Virus record (IMG/VR): IMGVR_UViG_3300022602_000024
Location: 62,001-126,000 of that record
Direction: 5' to 3' (one strand)
DNA length: 64,000 bases
The notes beneath the pieces were generated by a model. That model did not search any database and had not been told where the DNA came from. It worked only from the letters and a program-made list of their open reading frames with translations. A program made the position numbers and the translations under genes. Within the stretch, counting starts at the first letter, position 1. The number at the start of each line of letters is the position of its first letter. This document shows positions 18,950 to 28,731 of this stretch, in pieces.

Positions 18950-21900
18950 GTTTGATGTTTTTTATTCGGGACCAAAACCAGGATTGTTTGCCTTTGAGCG
19001 TCCTGCTGACAGTTTGGCAGATGCAGTGAGTCGGTCAAGAACCGAATACTGTTGGTATATTTATGGGGCGAATGATTACTCAAACTTTGATTTTGATTAT
19101 GTACCCCCGCCATGGCAATCGCAGTTTGTGCATGTTTGGCCTAACCAATGGCAACCAGATGGCAACATATACCTGGCACATAAACATAACAATGGCCAAT
19201 GGCACTTTCATGAGCAAGCGGTACGACGTTTAGGTATACAGGAATACTGGCACATACCCGACCATATAGATCCTGCTTCGGTAGATACACTATGGTGCCC
19301 GGATCCCTTGGCTCCACCTTACATATATCATTTTCCCAGTCAGCATCAAAGTGCATCGGGTGTGACCTATACAGTACCGGGTGCAGTTGATGTTAAATTG
19401 GTAGATGCATTTACTGTTCGTGCTGTACCTAACCCAACTAGATTTGGACACAATATTGCGGTTGCAGAGTTTGACTACTCGTGGCATCCTAATCCACTGG
19501 ATCCCCCTATGAACTATGTGTTTGGCAATCAATGGAATCCGCCAACAATAGAAGCCACTGTGGTTTATCATGTAGAAGGCGCAACAGCTACACAATACAT
19601 GTCGCAGCTTGCTCGTGTGGCGCAAGACATGCGTTACTGGGAAATCTTAGATGATGTATCAGAGTTTGATTATTCATGGCGACCAAACCCTACTGAACCT
19701 CCTTACATCTATGTATTTGGCAATCAATGGATGCCCCCAGAAGTAAGACCAGCATTGCAATATCGAGTTCCGGGAGCCACGGATGTAAAATACATGGCTG
19801 AACCTCGTGCATATCGTACAGGGAATCCAGAGAAATTTATTACTAATTGCGACTGTGTGTTTGATTACTCGTGGGAACCTGATCCCGGATCACCTGCTTA
19901 CAACTATGTGTTTGGTAATCAATGGTGGCCGGCAGAAGTAATGCCCACTGTTGAATATAGAATGACTGGTGCCACAGAAACTAAGTTTATGATGGAGCCT
20001 GTAGCAAAGTTGTCTGCAACAGAAGATCATTGGGTTACTTTGTTTGAGTGCGAGTTTGACCGCAGTTGGTGCCCAGATCCTGGGTCTCCTCCTTACATCT
20101 ATGTTTTCGGTAATCAATGGTATCCTGCAGAAGTTATGCCCACCGTTGAGTATCACATGCCCGGTGCCAGTGAGCGCAAGTACGTAGATTATCATAGGGC
20201 ACAGTTAACGCCTATTATGGATCGCTGGACGATACCTGAAGAAGTTGATGCGGCCAATATTGATTTTTCGTGGCACCCACATCCTAAGGACTCTCCTTAT
20301 ATACATCACTTTGGCACTGAACACCAAATGAGCATTGGGTTAACTTATACTGCACCTGGTGCTACAGAACTAAAGTTTGAAGGCGATATTCCTAGGATTG
20401 TCAAAGAAAAACGTGCAGTTGAAGTAGTAGATATCTTTTATGTGGATCGTAGCAATCCTGCCGCAGGTGTGCGTTTTGATCGATTGAAAGAGCGTTATCC
20501 TAATATACAACGAATACGTTATGCTAACAGTATGATGGCTACTATACAAAGATGCATAGCAAGAGCCCGGACTACTAAGTTCTGGGTCATCAGCAGCGAA
20601 TACAGTTATGTGAACTTTGATTTTACTTGGCATGCACAGCCTTGGCAGAGCTACATGACACACGTATTCCCTAGTCAGCACAATCGTTGGTCGGACACAT
20701 TCCTGATTAATAAGTGGGAATTTGAGCGTCATGCTAAGTGGGCAGAGAGCTTGGAACAGTTTCCTAACTTGAACTTTGTTACTAACCAAATAGTGGCCCG
20801 ACCTGAAAACTTAGACAACATCTACTATGTTGATCACGGCAATCCCGAGAGTGCAGAACAATTTGCGTTGTTGCAACGTGAATTCCCGGAGATCGCACGC
20901 ACACGTTTTGTGGACAACTATTTGGATGTTATGAAGCGTATTATGGCCACTGCTGAAACTGAATACGTTTGGATACTGAACAGCATCTGCAACTATGATT
21001 TCTTTGATTTTACTTGGAAGCCGGAACCTTGGCAAGCGGAAATGATTCACTGTTTTGGTAACCAACAGTTTCAAAATCGTGGGGACACATTCTACATACA
21101 TGTTGAATCGTTTAAAACACAAATGGTTGATCTTGAGCTGTTGGATTGGTTTAATGTAATAAACTATTGTACAGATCAACGTGTGGAACGCTGGCCCACT
21201 CCGGTGCACTTATACACTTCAGACAACTTAATTGAAGAAATTCGGAATTACGAGTTCACTACACCATATGTGTTCTTTACCAACCAACCCGATATTGGTA
21301 TAAAGGACTTGCCTTGTCTATGGACCAAAAAAGACCGTGTTATAAAACGTATTACACGTAGCGGGGCTAGTGTAATGGTGCCGCGAGATATCAAGGCTGA
21401 TTTACAGTCACAAATCTACGATTATCCCTACCTAGAGAAGTCAGAACGACTGATAAATGACTACTATTGGAAGGGTAAACCGGGGTTGGACATAGTATAT
21501 ATCAGCAACGGAGAACCCGACGAAGAACGCTGGTATAATCATTTGTGCTATCAAAGCAATACCACTGACATAGAATGGGTACGCGGAGTAAACGGGCGAG
21601 TTGCTGCTTATCAAGAAGCTGCACGTCGTAGTCGTACTCCTTGGTTCTTTGCGGTATTTGCCAAATTAGAAGTTGCGGGCGGGGAGTTTCCTTGGTTTGA
21701 TTGGCAACCTGATTTCTGGCAAGGTCCCAAACACTATATTTTCAATGCACGTAATCCCTTAAACGGATTAGAATATGGTCACCAAGGTGTCGTAGCCTAC
21801 TGTAAGAGTTTGGTATTGAGCAACAATAACCCAGGCATTGACTTTACATTATCGCAACCACACGAATCAGTACCTATACTAAGCGGAACTGCACACTTCA

Positions 21901-22163
21901 ATCAAACGGCCTGGATGACTTGGCGTACTGCTTTCCGTGAAGTGATCAAGCTCAAACACTTCAATGCAACAGAACCTACACTGGAAACTGAGCATAGATT
22001 AACGGTATGGCTTAATAAGGCCGAAGGTGCATTTGCAGCAGATTGTTTAGCAGGTGCCCGTGATGCAGTTGAATACTATGACGGTGTTGGGGGAGATTAT
22101 GAAAAACTTAAACTAAGTTTTGAGTGGAAATGGCTTCAAGAGTATTATGATAATAAATACTAA
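18948..22163 (+). CDS. 1071-aa multi-repeat protein with degenerate GT-A-like modules
   Basis: Six ~65-aa tandem repeats plus several GT-A-like modules; the C-terminal domain is collinear with 4060-4956. Confidence 0.75.
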   Translation: MFDVFYSGPKPGLFAFERPADSLADAVSRSRTEYCWYIYGANDYSNFDFDYVPPPWQSQFVHVWPNQWQPDGNIYLAHKHNNGQWHFHEQAVRRLGIQEYWHIPDHIDPASVDTLWCPDPLAPPYIYHFPSQHQSASGVTYTVPGAVDVKLVDAFTVRAVPNPTRFGHNIAVAEFDYSWHPNPLDPPMNYVFGNQWNPPTIEATVVYHVEGATATQYMSQLARVAQDMRYWEILDDVSEFDYSWRPNPTEPPYIYVFGNQWMPPEVRPALQYRVPGATDVKYMAEPRAYRTGNPEKFITNCDCVFDYSWEPDPGSPAYNYVFGNQWWPAEVMPTVEYRMTGATETKFMMEPVAKLSATEDHWVTLFECEFDRSWCPDPGSPPYIYVFGNQWYPAEVMPTVEYHMPGASERKYVDYHRAQLTPIMDRWTIPEEVDAANIDFSWHPHPKDSPYIHHFGTEHQMSIGLTYTAPGATELKFEGDIPRIVKEKRAVEVVDIFYVDRSNPAAGVRFDRLKERYPNIQRIRYANSMMATIQRCIARARTTKFWVISSEYSYVNFDFTWHAQPWQSYMTHVFPSQHNRWSDTFLINKWEFERHAKWAESLEQFPNLNFVTNQIVARPENLDNIYYVDHGNPESAEQFALLQREFPEIARTRFVDNYLDVMKRIMATAETEYVWILNSICNYDFFDFTWKPEPWQAEMIHCFGNQQFQNRGDTFYIHVESFKTQMVDLELLDWFNVINYCTDQRVERWPTPVHLYTSDNLIEEIRNYEFTTPYVFFTNQPDIGIKDLPCLWTKKDRVIKRITRSGASVMVPRDIKADLQSQIYDYPYLEKSERLINDYYWKGKPGLDIVYISNGEPDEERWYNHLCYQSNTTDIEWVRGVNGRVAAYQEAARRSRTPWFFAVFAKLEVAGGEFPWFDWQPDFWQGPKHYIFNARNPLNGLEYGHQGVVAYCKSLVLSNNNPGIDFTLSQPHESVPILSGTAHFNQTAWMTWRTAFREVIKLKHFNATEPTLETEHRLTVWLNKAEGAFAADCLAGARDAVEYYDGVGGDYEKLKLSFEWKWLQEYYDNKY
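19245..20390 (+). repeat. Six tandem ~195-nt coding repeats (FDYSW.P.P..PPY.YVFGNQW...P...Y..PGA...K)
   Basis: Equivalent codons start at 19281, 19470, 19665, 19860, 20055 and 20259. Confidence 0.85.
22153..22159 (+). promoter_or_regulatory. T4-like late promoter motif ATAAATA
   Basis: Lies 4 nt upstream of the ATG at 22164. Confidence 0.55.
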
Positions 22164-23066
22164 ATGCTCATTAATGAAGTTATCACAGAAGGCGCAACGC
22201 CAGTATTATTCCACTATGCAGGTATAACGTCTGCCCGCGACATCCTGCGTGACGGTGTTTTTAAACTTAGCAGTACCACAGGAAATCCCAGCGAAGCCGG
22301 ATATGCTCCTAAAGGCTACCAATACTTTTTAAGCACTACCCGTAGTAAAGTTGGCGATTATCATCGTTATGTAGGATCTGGTGCCGCTATGTTTGTGTTA
22401 GATGGTAATTGGTTTGCACAACGCTATCCAGTTAAACCCATTGACTATTGGGAACGTGCTTGGCAACATAGTCCAGACCGCACACGGGAATCAGAAGACC
22501 GTGTGTTTAGCAAGGATAACGAAATTCCCATTGACGGTGTGCGTGCCCTACATGTGCTAATGAAAGAGCAAAGCGAAGTTCGCAGTCCTGCTACACGTGA
22601 AATGCTAATTGCGGCAAAACAACGTGGTATTCCTGCTTACTTGTATATGGACGAAACTGCTTGGAGATTGCAAGATACACGTCGTGCAGTTAGTATCAAA
22701 CAAGCCGCTAGTGTATTACAAGGACCTAAACCTACGCCTAGAAGTTATCGCAGTAGAAACTTCTTGGAAGACATATTAGAAATGATCTTTAAAAAGCGTA
22801 AAGCAGATCTTACTGACAGTGCTCGAAAGCGTGTGCGTACTTTGTTGGTGTATGGTGCTAGTTATCCCAACGAAGATGATGGCATTGGTGTAGACATGAG
22901 CAATGCTCGCAAACCTGGCAGCAGTGACTATGCGAGCGCAGTTAAGATTAATCAGTTTATGCGAGCCAATGGCATAAAAAATACTGTGGAACTAAAAAAC
23001 TTTCTAGTGCGTAAATGGGACGCTACTGACTTTTTTAAAGAAGATGTTAGCGAAGAAACTGTTTAA
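22164..23066 (+). CDS. Putative head-packaged protein with an ADP-ribosyltransferase-like domain
   Basis: N-terminal 'MLINEVITE', late promoter, 'LFHY.....ARDILRDG.FKLS', 'FLSTTRS', 'ESEDRV'. Confidence 0.45.
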   Translation: MLINEVITEGATPVLFHYAGITSARDILRDGVFKLSSTTGNPSEAGYAPKGYQYFLSTTRSKVGDYHRYVGSGAAMFVLDGNWFAQRYPVKPIDYWERAWQHSPDRTRESEDRVFSKDNEIPIDGVRALHVLMKEQSEVRSPATREMLIAAKQRGIPAYLYMDETAWRLQDTRRAVSIKQAASVLQGPKPTPRSYRSRNFLEDILEMIFKKRKADLTDSARKRVRTLLVYGASYPNEDDGIGVDMSNARKPGSSDYASAVKINQFMRANGIKNTVELKNFLVRKWDATDFFKEDVSEETV

Positions 23067-24165
23067 TAGTTTCAACGATTCGTTCTACTTCCCCATCTGT
23101 TAATTCGGGATAGATAGGCAAGCTCAAACACTCTCTAGTAAACGCATAACTTTCCACATAGGGATTGTTGGCATAATCCACATACTCATAACCAACTGGT
23201 AATTCATATAATGGCTTATCGTAGTTGATCTTGGTTTCAATACCATTGTTGGCAAGATGCGATTTCAATGCATGGCGACTGGCCAGTCTAATAACAAACT
23301 TACTCCACGCACTTTCTACATGTTCTCCGGGCAGTATGCAATCTACATAACCGCTTAACTGATCAATGTAATAACTAGCAATATCAGTTCTGCGGTCTTG
23401 CCAACGATCAAAGTGCCCCAACTTGACCAACATTTGCGCACAATCTACTTCAGACATTTTACTATTAGTGCCAATATCGTGATGTCCTCCGGGCTTGCCA
23501 TTGTCCCGCAAGTTTTCCATTGCGGCTGCAACACCATCGTCGTCGGTCAATATCATGCCACCTGAACCATAGTTGTTTAGATTCTTAGTAGGATCGAAAC
23601 TCAAACAACTAATATTGCCCAGGGAACCTGATGGTTGCCCTTTATATCGAGCACCAAAACTTTGTGCAGCATCTTCAATAATAAACATGTCTCGATTAAA
23701 GAATTCTGTTTGCAGTCTAAATCTATCCCAATCAATCACATGCCCCCACAAGTTGGCATACATGATCATATTGACTCCGGCACCAGCCAAGGCAAAGTCT
23801 ATGCTTTCTAAATCCATTAAGCCATTGGCATCTGTGTCGCAAAACACAGGCTCACGTCCGGCCATTAATACACTATTCAGCGTGGCAGCAAAACTCAGTG
23901 AGGGTATGAGAACCTTGCCATCTGTATACAGGCCAATGGTGCTGGCAAAGATTAGGGCCTGGGTGCATGAACCCACTGCAATAGCATGCGCACGATTACA
24001 ACGTGCGGCCATGTTTTGCTCAAAGTAACGAGTAAAGTTTCCGTCTAGGACTTTTCCTGTGCGCAGCACCTGGTCAGTGATATCCAGCAATTCTTCTCGT
24101 AGGTTGGCATATTGACGGTCAACGCCAAAGAACGGAATTATATCTTTGTTTGCCAATATTCGCAC
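23047..24165 (-). CDS. DegT/DnrJ/EryC1/StrS PLP-dependent sugar aminotransferase
   Basis: 'IIEDAAQSFGA', 'SFDPTKNLNNYGSGGMILT', 'LSLPIYPEL'. Confidence 0.9.
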   Translation of the reverse strand: MRILANKDIIPFFGVDRQYANLREELLDITDQVLRTGKVLDGNFTRYFEQNMAARCNRAHAIAVGSCTQALIFASTIGLYTDGKVLIPSLSFAATLNSVLMAGREPVFCDTDANGLMDLESIDFALAGAGVNMIMYANLWGHVIDWDRFRLQTEFFNRDMFIIEDAAQSFGARYKGQPSGSLGNISCLSFDPTKNLNNYGSGGMILTDDDGVAAAMENLRDNGKPGGHHDIGTNSKMSEVDCAQMLVKLGHFDRWQDRRTDIASYYIDQLSGYVDCILPGEHVESAWSKFVIRLASRHALKSHLANNGIETKINYDKPLYELPVGYEYVDYANNPYVESYAFTRECLSLPIYPELTDGEVERIVETIKQFLR

Positions 24166-25112
24166 TTCTTAAACCAATCGTAATACATTTTCACGCCTTG
24201 GCGAAAGTTAATAATAGGATTATATCCCAAATCCTTTTGAGCGGCATCTATGTTTAGTCTGCCCCTGCTGGGAAAGTCTTGACTCTTGTCTTGAATATCA
24301 ATCTTACCTCGTCCTACAGTTTTAATACACAAAGCAGCTGCATCTAGTAAGGTAATTGATTTGCCAGCACAACGAGTAATGTTATAGATATTCCCATTGG
24401 CTTCAGGTTTGACGGCGGCCAACACAATTCCAGCAGCCACATCATTTACGTGAGTAAAGTCCAGGCTTTCTGTCGCTCCGTGCACCACTAGTGTTTCATC
24501 TCGCATTGCGGCAAGTAAGAACTTGGACACAACTCGGTCTTCGACATCAAGCTCTCCGTACACTGCCGAAGGGCGAACAATACTGTAATCAAAACACCCA
24601 CGACGGTTGTAATCCTGGACAAGTTTTTCTCCCATATACTTCATTATACCATACTGCCCAACTGGATCGCAATCGGCAGTCTCTCTTACTCCGTCTCGGA
24701 AATTGCCGTAGACCATGCTTGAACTTACATACACAAACTTGGGTATACGGTAGTTCTTGGTCATTTCTAACAAGTTAATCAATCCTGTGCCCATTACATC
24801 AGCACCCCAAATGGGATTTTTGCTGAATACTTTTTGCCGGGGAAAACTTGCTAGATGAATAACGGCAGCAGTACTACCGCACCATGTCCTGAAGAAATCT
24901 TCTATCTTTTTATGATCTCTCAAATCTAAGTGATGTACGTTGGCACGAATACGTTTTTTACGTTCAGTTATCAAATATTCAAGTTCGTCGGGATTGACAA
25001 AACCATAGTCTGTTGCACTATCAATGATAATGCATTCATGGCCTTGTGCCTCAAGTTGCCGCACAACATTGTGTCCAATGAATCCAGCGCCTCCGGTTAC
25101 AATATATCTCAT
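24138..25112 (-). CDS. NAD-dependent sugar epimerase/dehydratase (extended SDR)
   Basis: 'TGGAGFIG', 'SSSMVYG', 'YGIMK', 'DFTHVNDVA'. Confidence 0.9.
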   Translation of the reverse strand: MRYIVTGGAGFIGHNVVRQLEAQGHECIIIDSATDYGFVNPDELEYLITERKKRIRANVHHLDLRDHKKIEDFFRTWCGSTAAVIHLASFPRQKVFSKNPIWGADVMGTGLINLLEMTKNYRIPKFVYVSSSMVYGNFRDGVRETADCDPVGQYGIMKYMGEKLVQDYNRRGCFDYSIVRPSAVYGELDVEDRVVSKFLLAAMRDETLVVHGATESLDFTHVNDVAAGIVLAAVKPEANGNIYNITRCAGKSITLLDAAALCIKTVGRGKIDIQDKSQDFPSRGRLNIDAAQKDLGYNPIINFRQGVKMYYDWFKKCEYWQTKI

Positions 25113-26017
25113 ACTGCCATCGCTGCTTTGATAGGTGGATGACTCTGATATCCTCGTAGTTCAATATCAGACATGGTAAATTGGGTGATATCTGTAATGT
25201 CGGGATTCAGCACCAGTTGTGGAGCCATCATGGGTTCACGTGTTAACTGTTCTTGTACTTGCTCTACATGGTTTAAGTATATGTGTGCATCACCTAGTAC
25301 ATGCACAAACTCTCCTACACCTAAATCGCACACTTGCGCAATCAGATGTGTTAATAAACTATAACTGGCAATGTTAAAGGGCACACCCAAGAACATGTCA
25401 CAACTACGTTGGTACATTTGGCAACTCAATAGACCTTGGTTAACATAAAATTGTGCCATGACATGGCAAGGAGGCAGGGCCATGGCATCTAATTCTCCAG
25501 GATTCCATGCACTTAGAATATGTCTTCGTCCGTGAGGGTCCTGTTTTATACCATCTATCAATAACTGTAGTTGGTCGACCTCTTTGACATGCAATGTGCC
25601 GTGACGATTGTATGAATTACCAAAATCGTCTCGGAAAGTTTCTTTTGCGTGCTCTACGGGTGTGCGCCATTTGCGCCACTGTACTCCGTACACACGACCT
25701 AAATCGCCCGCATACTTGGCTCGTGATTGCCAATAAGGTGCTAGGGCATTGGGAGTCCAAATAGTGGCCGAGCCTTCTCGAGTACCGTGGGTAATTTCGG
25801 CCAGCCTACGCTCATCCCCGGAACCTTCAATCATCCATAACAGTTCACCAACACAGGCACGCCATGCTAGTTTCTTTGTAGTTACAGCAGGAAATGATTC
25901 TGCTAGGTTATAGCGTTGTTGCATACCAAAGTAGGAAATAGTACCTACTCCAGTGCGATCATCTTTAACAGTACCTTGTTCAAGTACTTGTCTTAATGCG
26001 TCCAAATAAGTTTTCAT
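25109..26017 (-). CDS. thyA: Thymidylate synthase
   Basis: 'DDRTGVGT', 'LPPCH', 'YQRSCDMFLGVPFNIASY', 'GDAHIY'. Start moved to MKTYLD (26017). Confidence 0.96.
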   Translation of the reverse strand: MKTYLDALRQVLEQGTVKDDRTGVGTISYFGMQQRYNLAESFPAVTTKKLAWRACVGELLWMIEGSGDERRLAEITHGTREGSATIWTPNALAPYWQSRAKYAGDLGRVYGVQWRKWRTPVEHAKETFRDDFGNSYNRHGTLHVKEVDQLQLLIDGIKQDPHGRRHILSAWNPGELDAMALPPCHVMAQFYVNQGLLSCQMYQRSCDMFLGVPFNIASYSLLTHLIAQVCDLGVGEFVHVLGDAHIYLNHVEQVQEQLTREPMMAPQLVLNPDITDITQFTMSDIELRGYQSHPPIKAAMAV

Positions 26018-26486
26018 ATACGACAAAAGTGCAAGAGTTATTGGCAGGAGCGGATGCAGTAACAGGACTCCATCCACTTAAAAATGATTTCATATTCATC
26101 TTAACGTCTATTTTATAGGTTCCCTTGAAGTGTGTCAAGTACAATCTATCGAATATACCATCACATTGTTCCAATAAATTTGAACCACCAATGACCCAAA
26201 TGGTTTTGTTTTGATGTAGTTGTTCTAACCGAAGAATTTCTGTTTTAATGTCGCCTTTGATTGTGGCAGCCATGTATACAGGATTGTTAGTTGCAACATA
26301 TACTGTACGTCCCACCAAGGGTTTGGGCATCTTAGGATCATCCCAGGTCTTGCGACCCATGACCACCACATGCTCATTGGTTAACCGTTTAAAGTTTGCT
26401 AGATCTTCACTGTTGTGTGGCCAGGGCAGGGTACCATTGAAACCCATACCCCCGTATTGGTCTACGGCAAATAGTGCGTTTATCAT
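25980..26486 (-). CDS. folA: Dihydrofolate reductase
   Basis: 'GGMGFNGTLPW', 'VVMGRKTW', 'WVIGGS'; next to thyA. Confidence 0.92.
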   Translation of the reverse strand: MINALFAVDQYGGMGFNGTLPWPHNSEDLANFKRLTNEHVVVMGRKTWDDPKMPKPLVGRTVYVATNNPVYMAATIKGDIKTEILRLEQLHQNKTIWVIGGSNLLEQCDGIFDRLYLTHFKGTYKIDVKMNMKSFLSGWSPVTASAPANNSCTFVVYENLFGRIKTST

Positions 26487-26851
26487 AAATCTTTTAGTAA
26501 TTGATCAGTAAAAGGTTGTACTACTTTAGCAACACTATCTACACTAATGTGGAAATCTACATCTGTAATATACTCATCCAGTGCTTTTAATTTGTTATTA
26601 ATCAAATGCTCTACTGCTTCAGGATCAGCGCCTTGTGCCAACATTTCTTCAATGTCAACTTCGACGCTGGTTCCATCTTTTAAGTTTACTGTTATAGATA
26701 GTAATACATTAACGGGAACCTGCTCTTTTTTGACTTCTTTGAGCAGGCTTTCCCATCTGGCCTTGGTGTTTAAATTAAGCCGTTTGCTTTTTTGGCGTCG
26801 CGGCTTTTTTGGCTCTTGTTGGTTTGACATTTTCTTGGGGGAGTAACGCAT
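26483..26851 (-). CDS. Hypothetical protein (true start may be internal)
   Basis: ORF in the - strand operon. Confidence 0.6.
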   Translation of the reverse strand: MRYSPKKMSNQQEPKKPRRQKSKRLNLNTKARWESLLKEVKKEQVPVNVLLSITVNLKDGTSVEVDIEEMLAQGADPEAVEHLINNKLKALDEYITDVDFHISVDSVAKVVQPFTDQLLKDL

Positions 26852-27494
26852 TTGCTTCTTGAACTAGTCTTTGTGATTCTGCAAGCAATTGTTCTGCTTG
26901 CTTCTTCATATTTTGTGCTTGCTCTAAACGTTGAGCGGCTAGATCTGTATCGCTTAATACACCTTCGCTTAGTGCACCCTTTAGGTATGCAGCAGCACTG
27001 GTATTGCTTTCTGTATCTAAGTTAGTTCTACTAACACTTACGTTGTTGGGCGGCATACCAACTTCGCGACCTTCGTTGGTCTTGCGTTTCTTGCCCGACA
27101 TTCCGGTGCCTTTGTCGAGGTCAGCTAATCGTTTAACTGCTTCTTCGCCTTTTTCCATTTCGTCAAGAATATCATTCAATTCATCAAGACGAACTGTTGA
27201 TTTAGTTGTCGGTGTGATCAACACTTGACTGGTTGGGACTTTCTTGATAAAGCCTTCTTTGTGCAATACTTCCAGAGCATTGCGACCGTCAGCCATGGTA
27301 GTTCGGAACAGCACGTCCGACAGTTCCTTGGCATTTTGTCCAATTGGGCTTTCGAGTTGACGCATGACTTCGTCATGAATCATACGTGGAAGTGTGTCAC
27401 TGTATAGTACTAGTGCCATGTGCCCTTCATTGGGCACACGACGCCATAGTAATACAATTTTCTTGTTGTTGTGTTTACCGACATGTTTAATCAT
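26775..27494 (-). CDS. Hypothetical protein with C-terminal coiled coil
   Basis: 239 aa, AAGGA RBS. Confidence 0.75.
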   Translation of the reverse strand: MIKHVGKHNNKKIVLLWRRVPNEGHMALVLYSDTLPRMIHDEVMRQLESPIGQNAKELSDVLFRTTMADGRNALEVLHKEGFIKKVPTSQVLITPTTKSTVRLDELNDILDEMEKGEEAVKRLADLDKGTGMSGKKRKTNEGREVGMPPNNVSVSRTNLDTESNTSAAAYLKGALSEGVLSDTDLAAQRLEQAQNMKKQAEQLLAESQRLVQEANALLPQENVKPTRAKKAATPKKQTA

Positions 27495-27503
27495 TTTGAT
27501 TCC

Positions 27504-27758
27504 TTATTCTGCAGCAGGTGCTTCGGCAGGTGTTTCTGTTGTTGCTGGTTGCAATGCGCCACTGGCTTGCAAGAATGCCACTAGGCGTTCGTATACACCG
27601 CCAACTTGCGTAAATTCTTCGGCGCGATATGCACCGCGTGTGCTAGCCAATTGGATACATTGTGCGGCAGCCAAAATATCTTGCAATTGCAATTGAACTT
27701 GTGGTGCTGCTTCTGGGGTAGCAGTTGCGTCTACTGTTTGAGTTGTTTCGTCTGTCAT
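27504..27758 (-). CDS. Hypothetical protein
   Basis: GGAGA RBS; TAAATA motif upstream at 27785-27790. Confidence 0.7.
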   Translation of the reverse strand: MTDETTQTVDATATPEAAPQVQLQLQDILAAAQCIQLASTRGAYRAEEFTQVGGVYERLVAFLQASGALQPATTETPAEAPAAE

Positions 27759-27819
27759 AGTGTCTCCGTAATAAACTATACATATATTTAACAGAGACAG
27801 TTAGACCGAAAAAATTTTT

Positions 27820-28110
27820 CTAGAATTCGAAATCGTGTTTGTTGATTTGGTCTATCATTAGTGCAAACATGCTGGCTTCCCCGGCAATTTCAAACGCTGC
27901 ACACTTCTGAAATGCCACACTATCGCCTTCTGTTTTGGTATACCAGTCACCATAATAAAAGCGACCTGACAAGTTGGCCCATATCCAATCGCTAATGGCT
28001 TTTTCGTGTGTCTTTAGCGCAAACTCCACACGAGTAAAATGCGGGGGGCAGAATTCAAGTTCTCTTAACCCAAAAACTGCCAGGGGATTTGCTTCGTTAT
28101 ACTTTAGCAT
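27820..28110 (-). CDS. Hypothetical protein
   Basis: 96 aa, operon context. Confidence 0.65.
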   Translation of the reverse strand: MLKYNEANPLAVFGLRELEFCPPHFTRVEFALKTHEKAISDWIWANLSGRFYYGDWYTKTEGDSVAFQKCAAFEIAGEASMFALMIDQINKHDFEF

Positions 28111-28399
28111 GTTTCTTCTGAATTTCTTCTATTGTTTCTTGGCTGAGTTCGCCTTCGATAATAGTGTACTTCATATCTGCTTGTTCAATTTCGGGCAAGA
28201 CCAAACGATCCTTAAGCAGGTGTTCTGCATCACGTACAAAGGTTTCTGTAACGTGATATTGTTTGCTATATTGTGCAATCTCCACACTTCGACTCAAATC
28301 GTCTAAACAGTTTTCCAAACTGTAGATACGTTTTTGCAAATCCATTACCAGCTGTTTTGCTTGTTTGGGCTTCAATTTTGTTGCGTCAACATATTCCAT
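28097..28399 (-). CDS. Hypothetical protein
   Basis: 100 aa, AAGGA RBS. Confidence 0.65.
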   Translation of the reverse strand: MEYVDATKLKPKQAKQLVMDLQKRIYSLENCLDDLSRSVEIAQYSKQYHVTETFVRDAEHLLKDRLVLPEIEQADMKYTIIEGELSQETIEEIQKKHAKV

Positions 28400-28731
28400 T
28401 TTAGTTCCTTTTCTTTTACATTGCTGAAAACCTGTATACCATGGGCTCTAATCAGTTCAACAGCTTTTAGCCAATCTTGGTTAAACATCTCCACTAGATC
28501 GTCCCTGTTGATGCCAGTGTTGACGTGTAAGGTATAAATTTCATACTGCCTGAGTGTTTTAGTTTTAACTCTCATCATCATACCATCGATCATTTGCCTT
28601 ACAACAGGAGTGGACTGGCCCTGCAACGTGTTCCACATGATTTCTTGTTCTAGTGCACCAAGATCCACACACGCCTCAAGGCCATCCTCGTCCCACGACA
28701 CCAAAAAGCCATTGCTGTTGTCAGTTGTCAT
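28372..28731 (-). CDS. Hypothetical protein
   Basis: 119 aa, coupled to the VWA gene. Confidence 0.6.
   Translation of the reverse strand: MTTDNSNGFLVSWDEDGLEACVDLGALEQEIMWNTLQGQSTPVVRQMIDGMMMRVKTKTLRQYEIYTLHVNTGINRDDLVEMFNQDWLKAVELIRAHGIQVFSNVKEKELKWNMLTQQN

Noticed and set aside
19245-20390. Periodic repeats as a CRISPR array or DGR template/variable pair
   Set aside because: The repeats are in-frame, degenerate at synonymous positions and conserved at protein level. There are no identical repeats with spacers, and no cas or reverse transcriptase gene.
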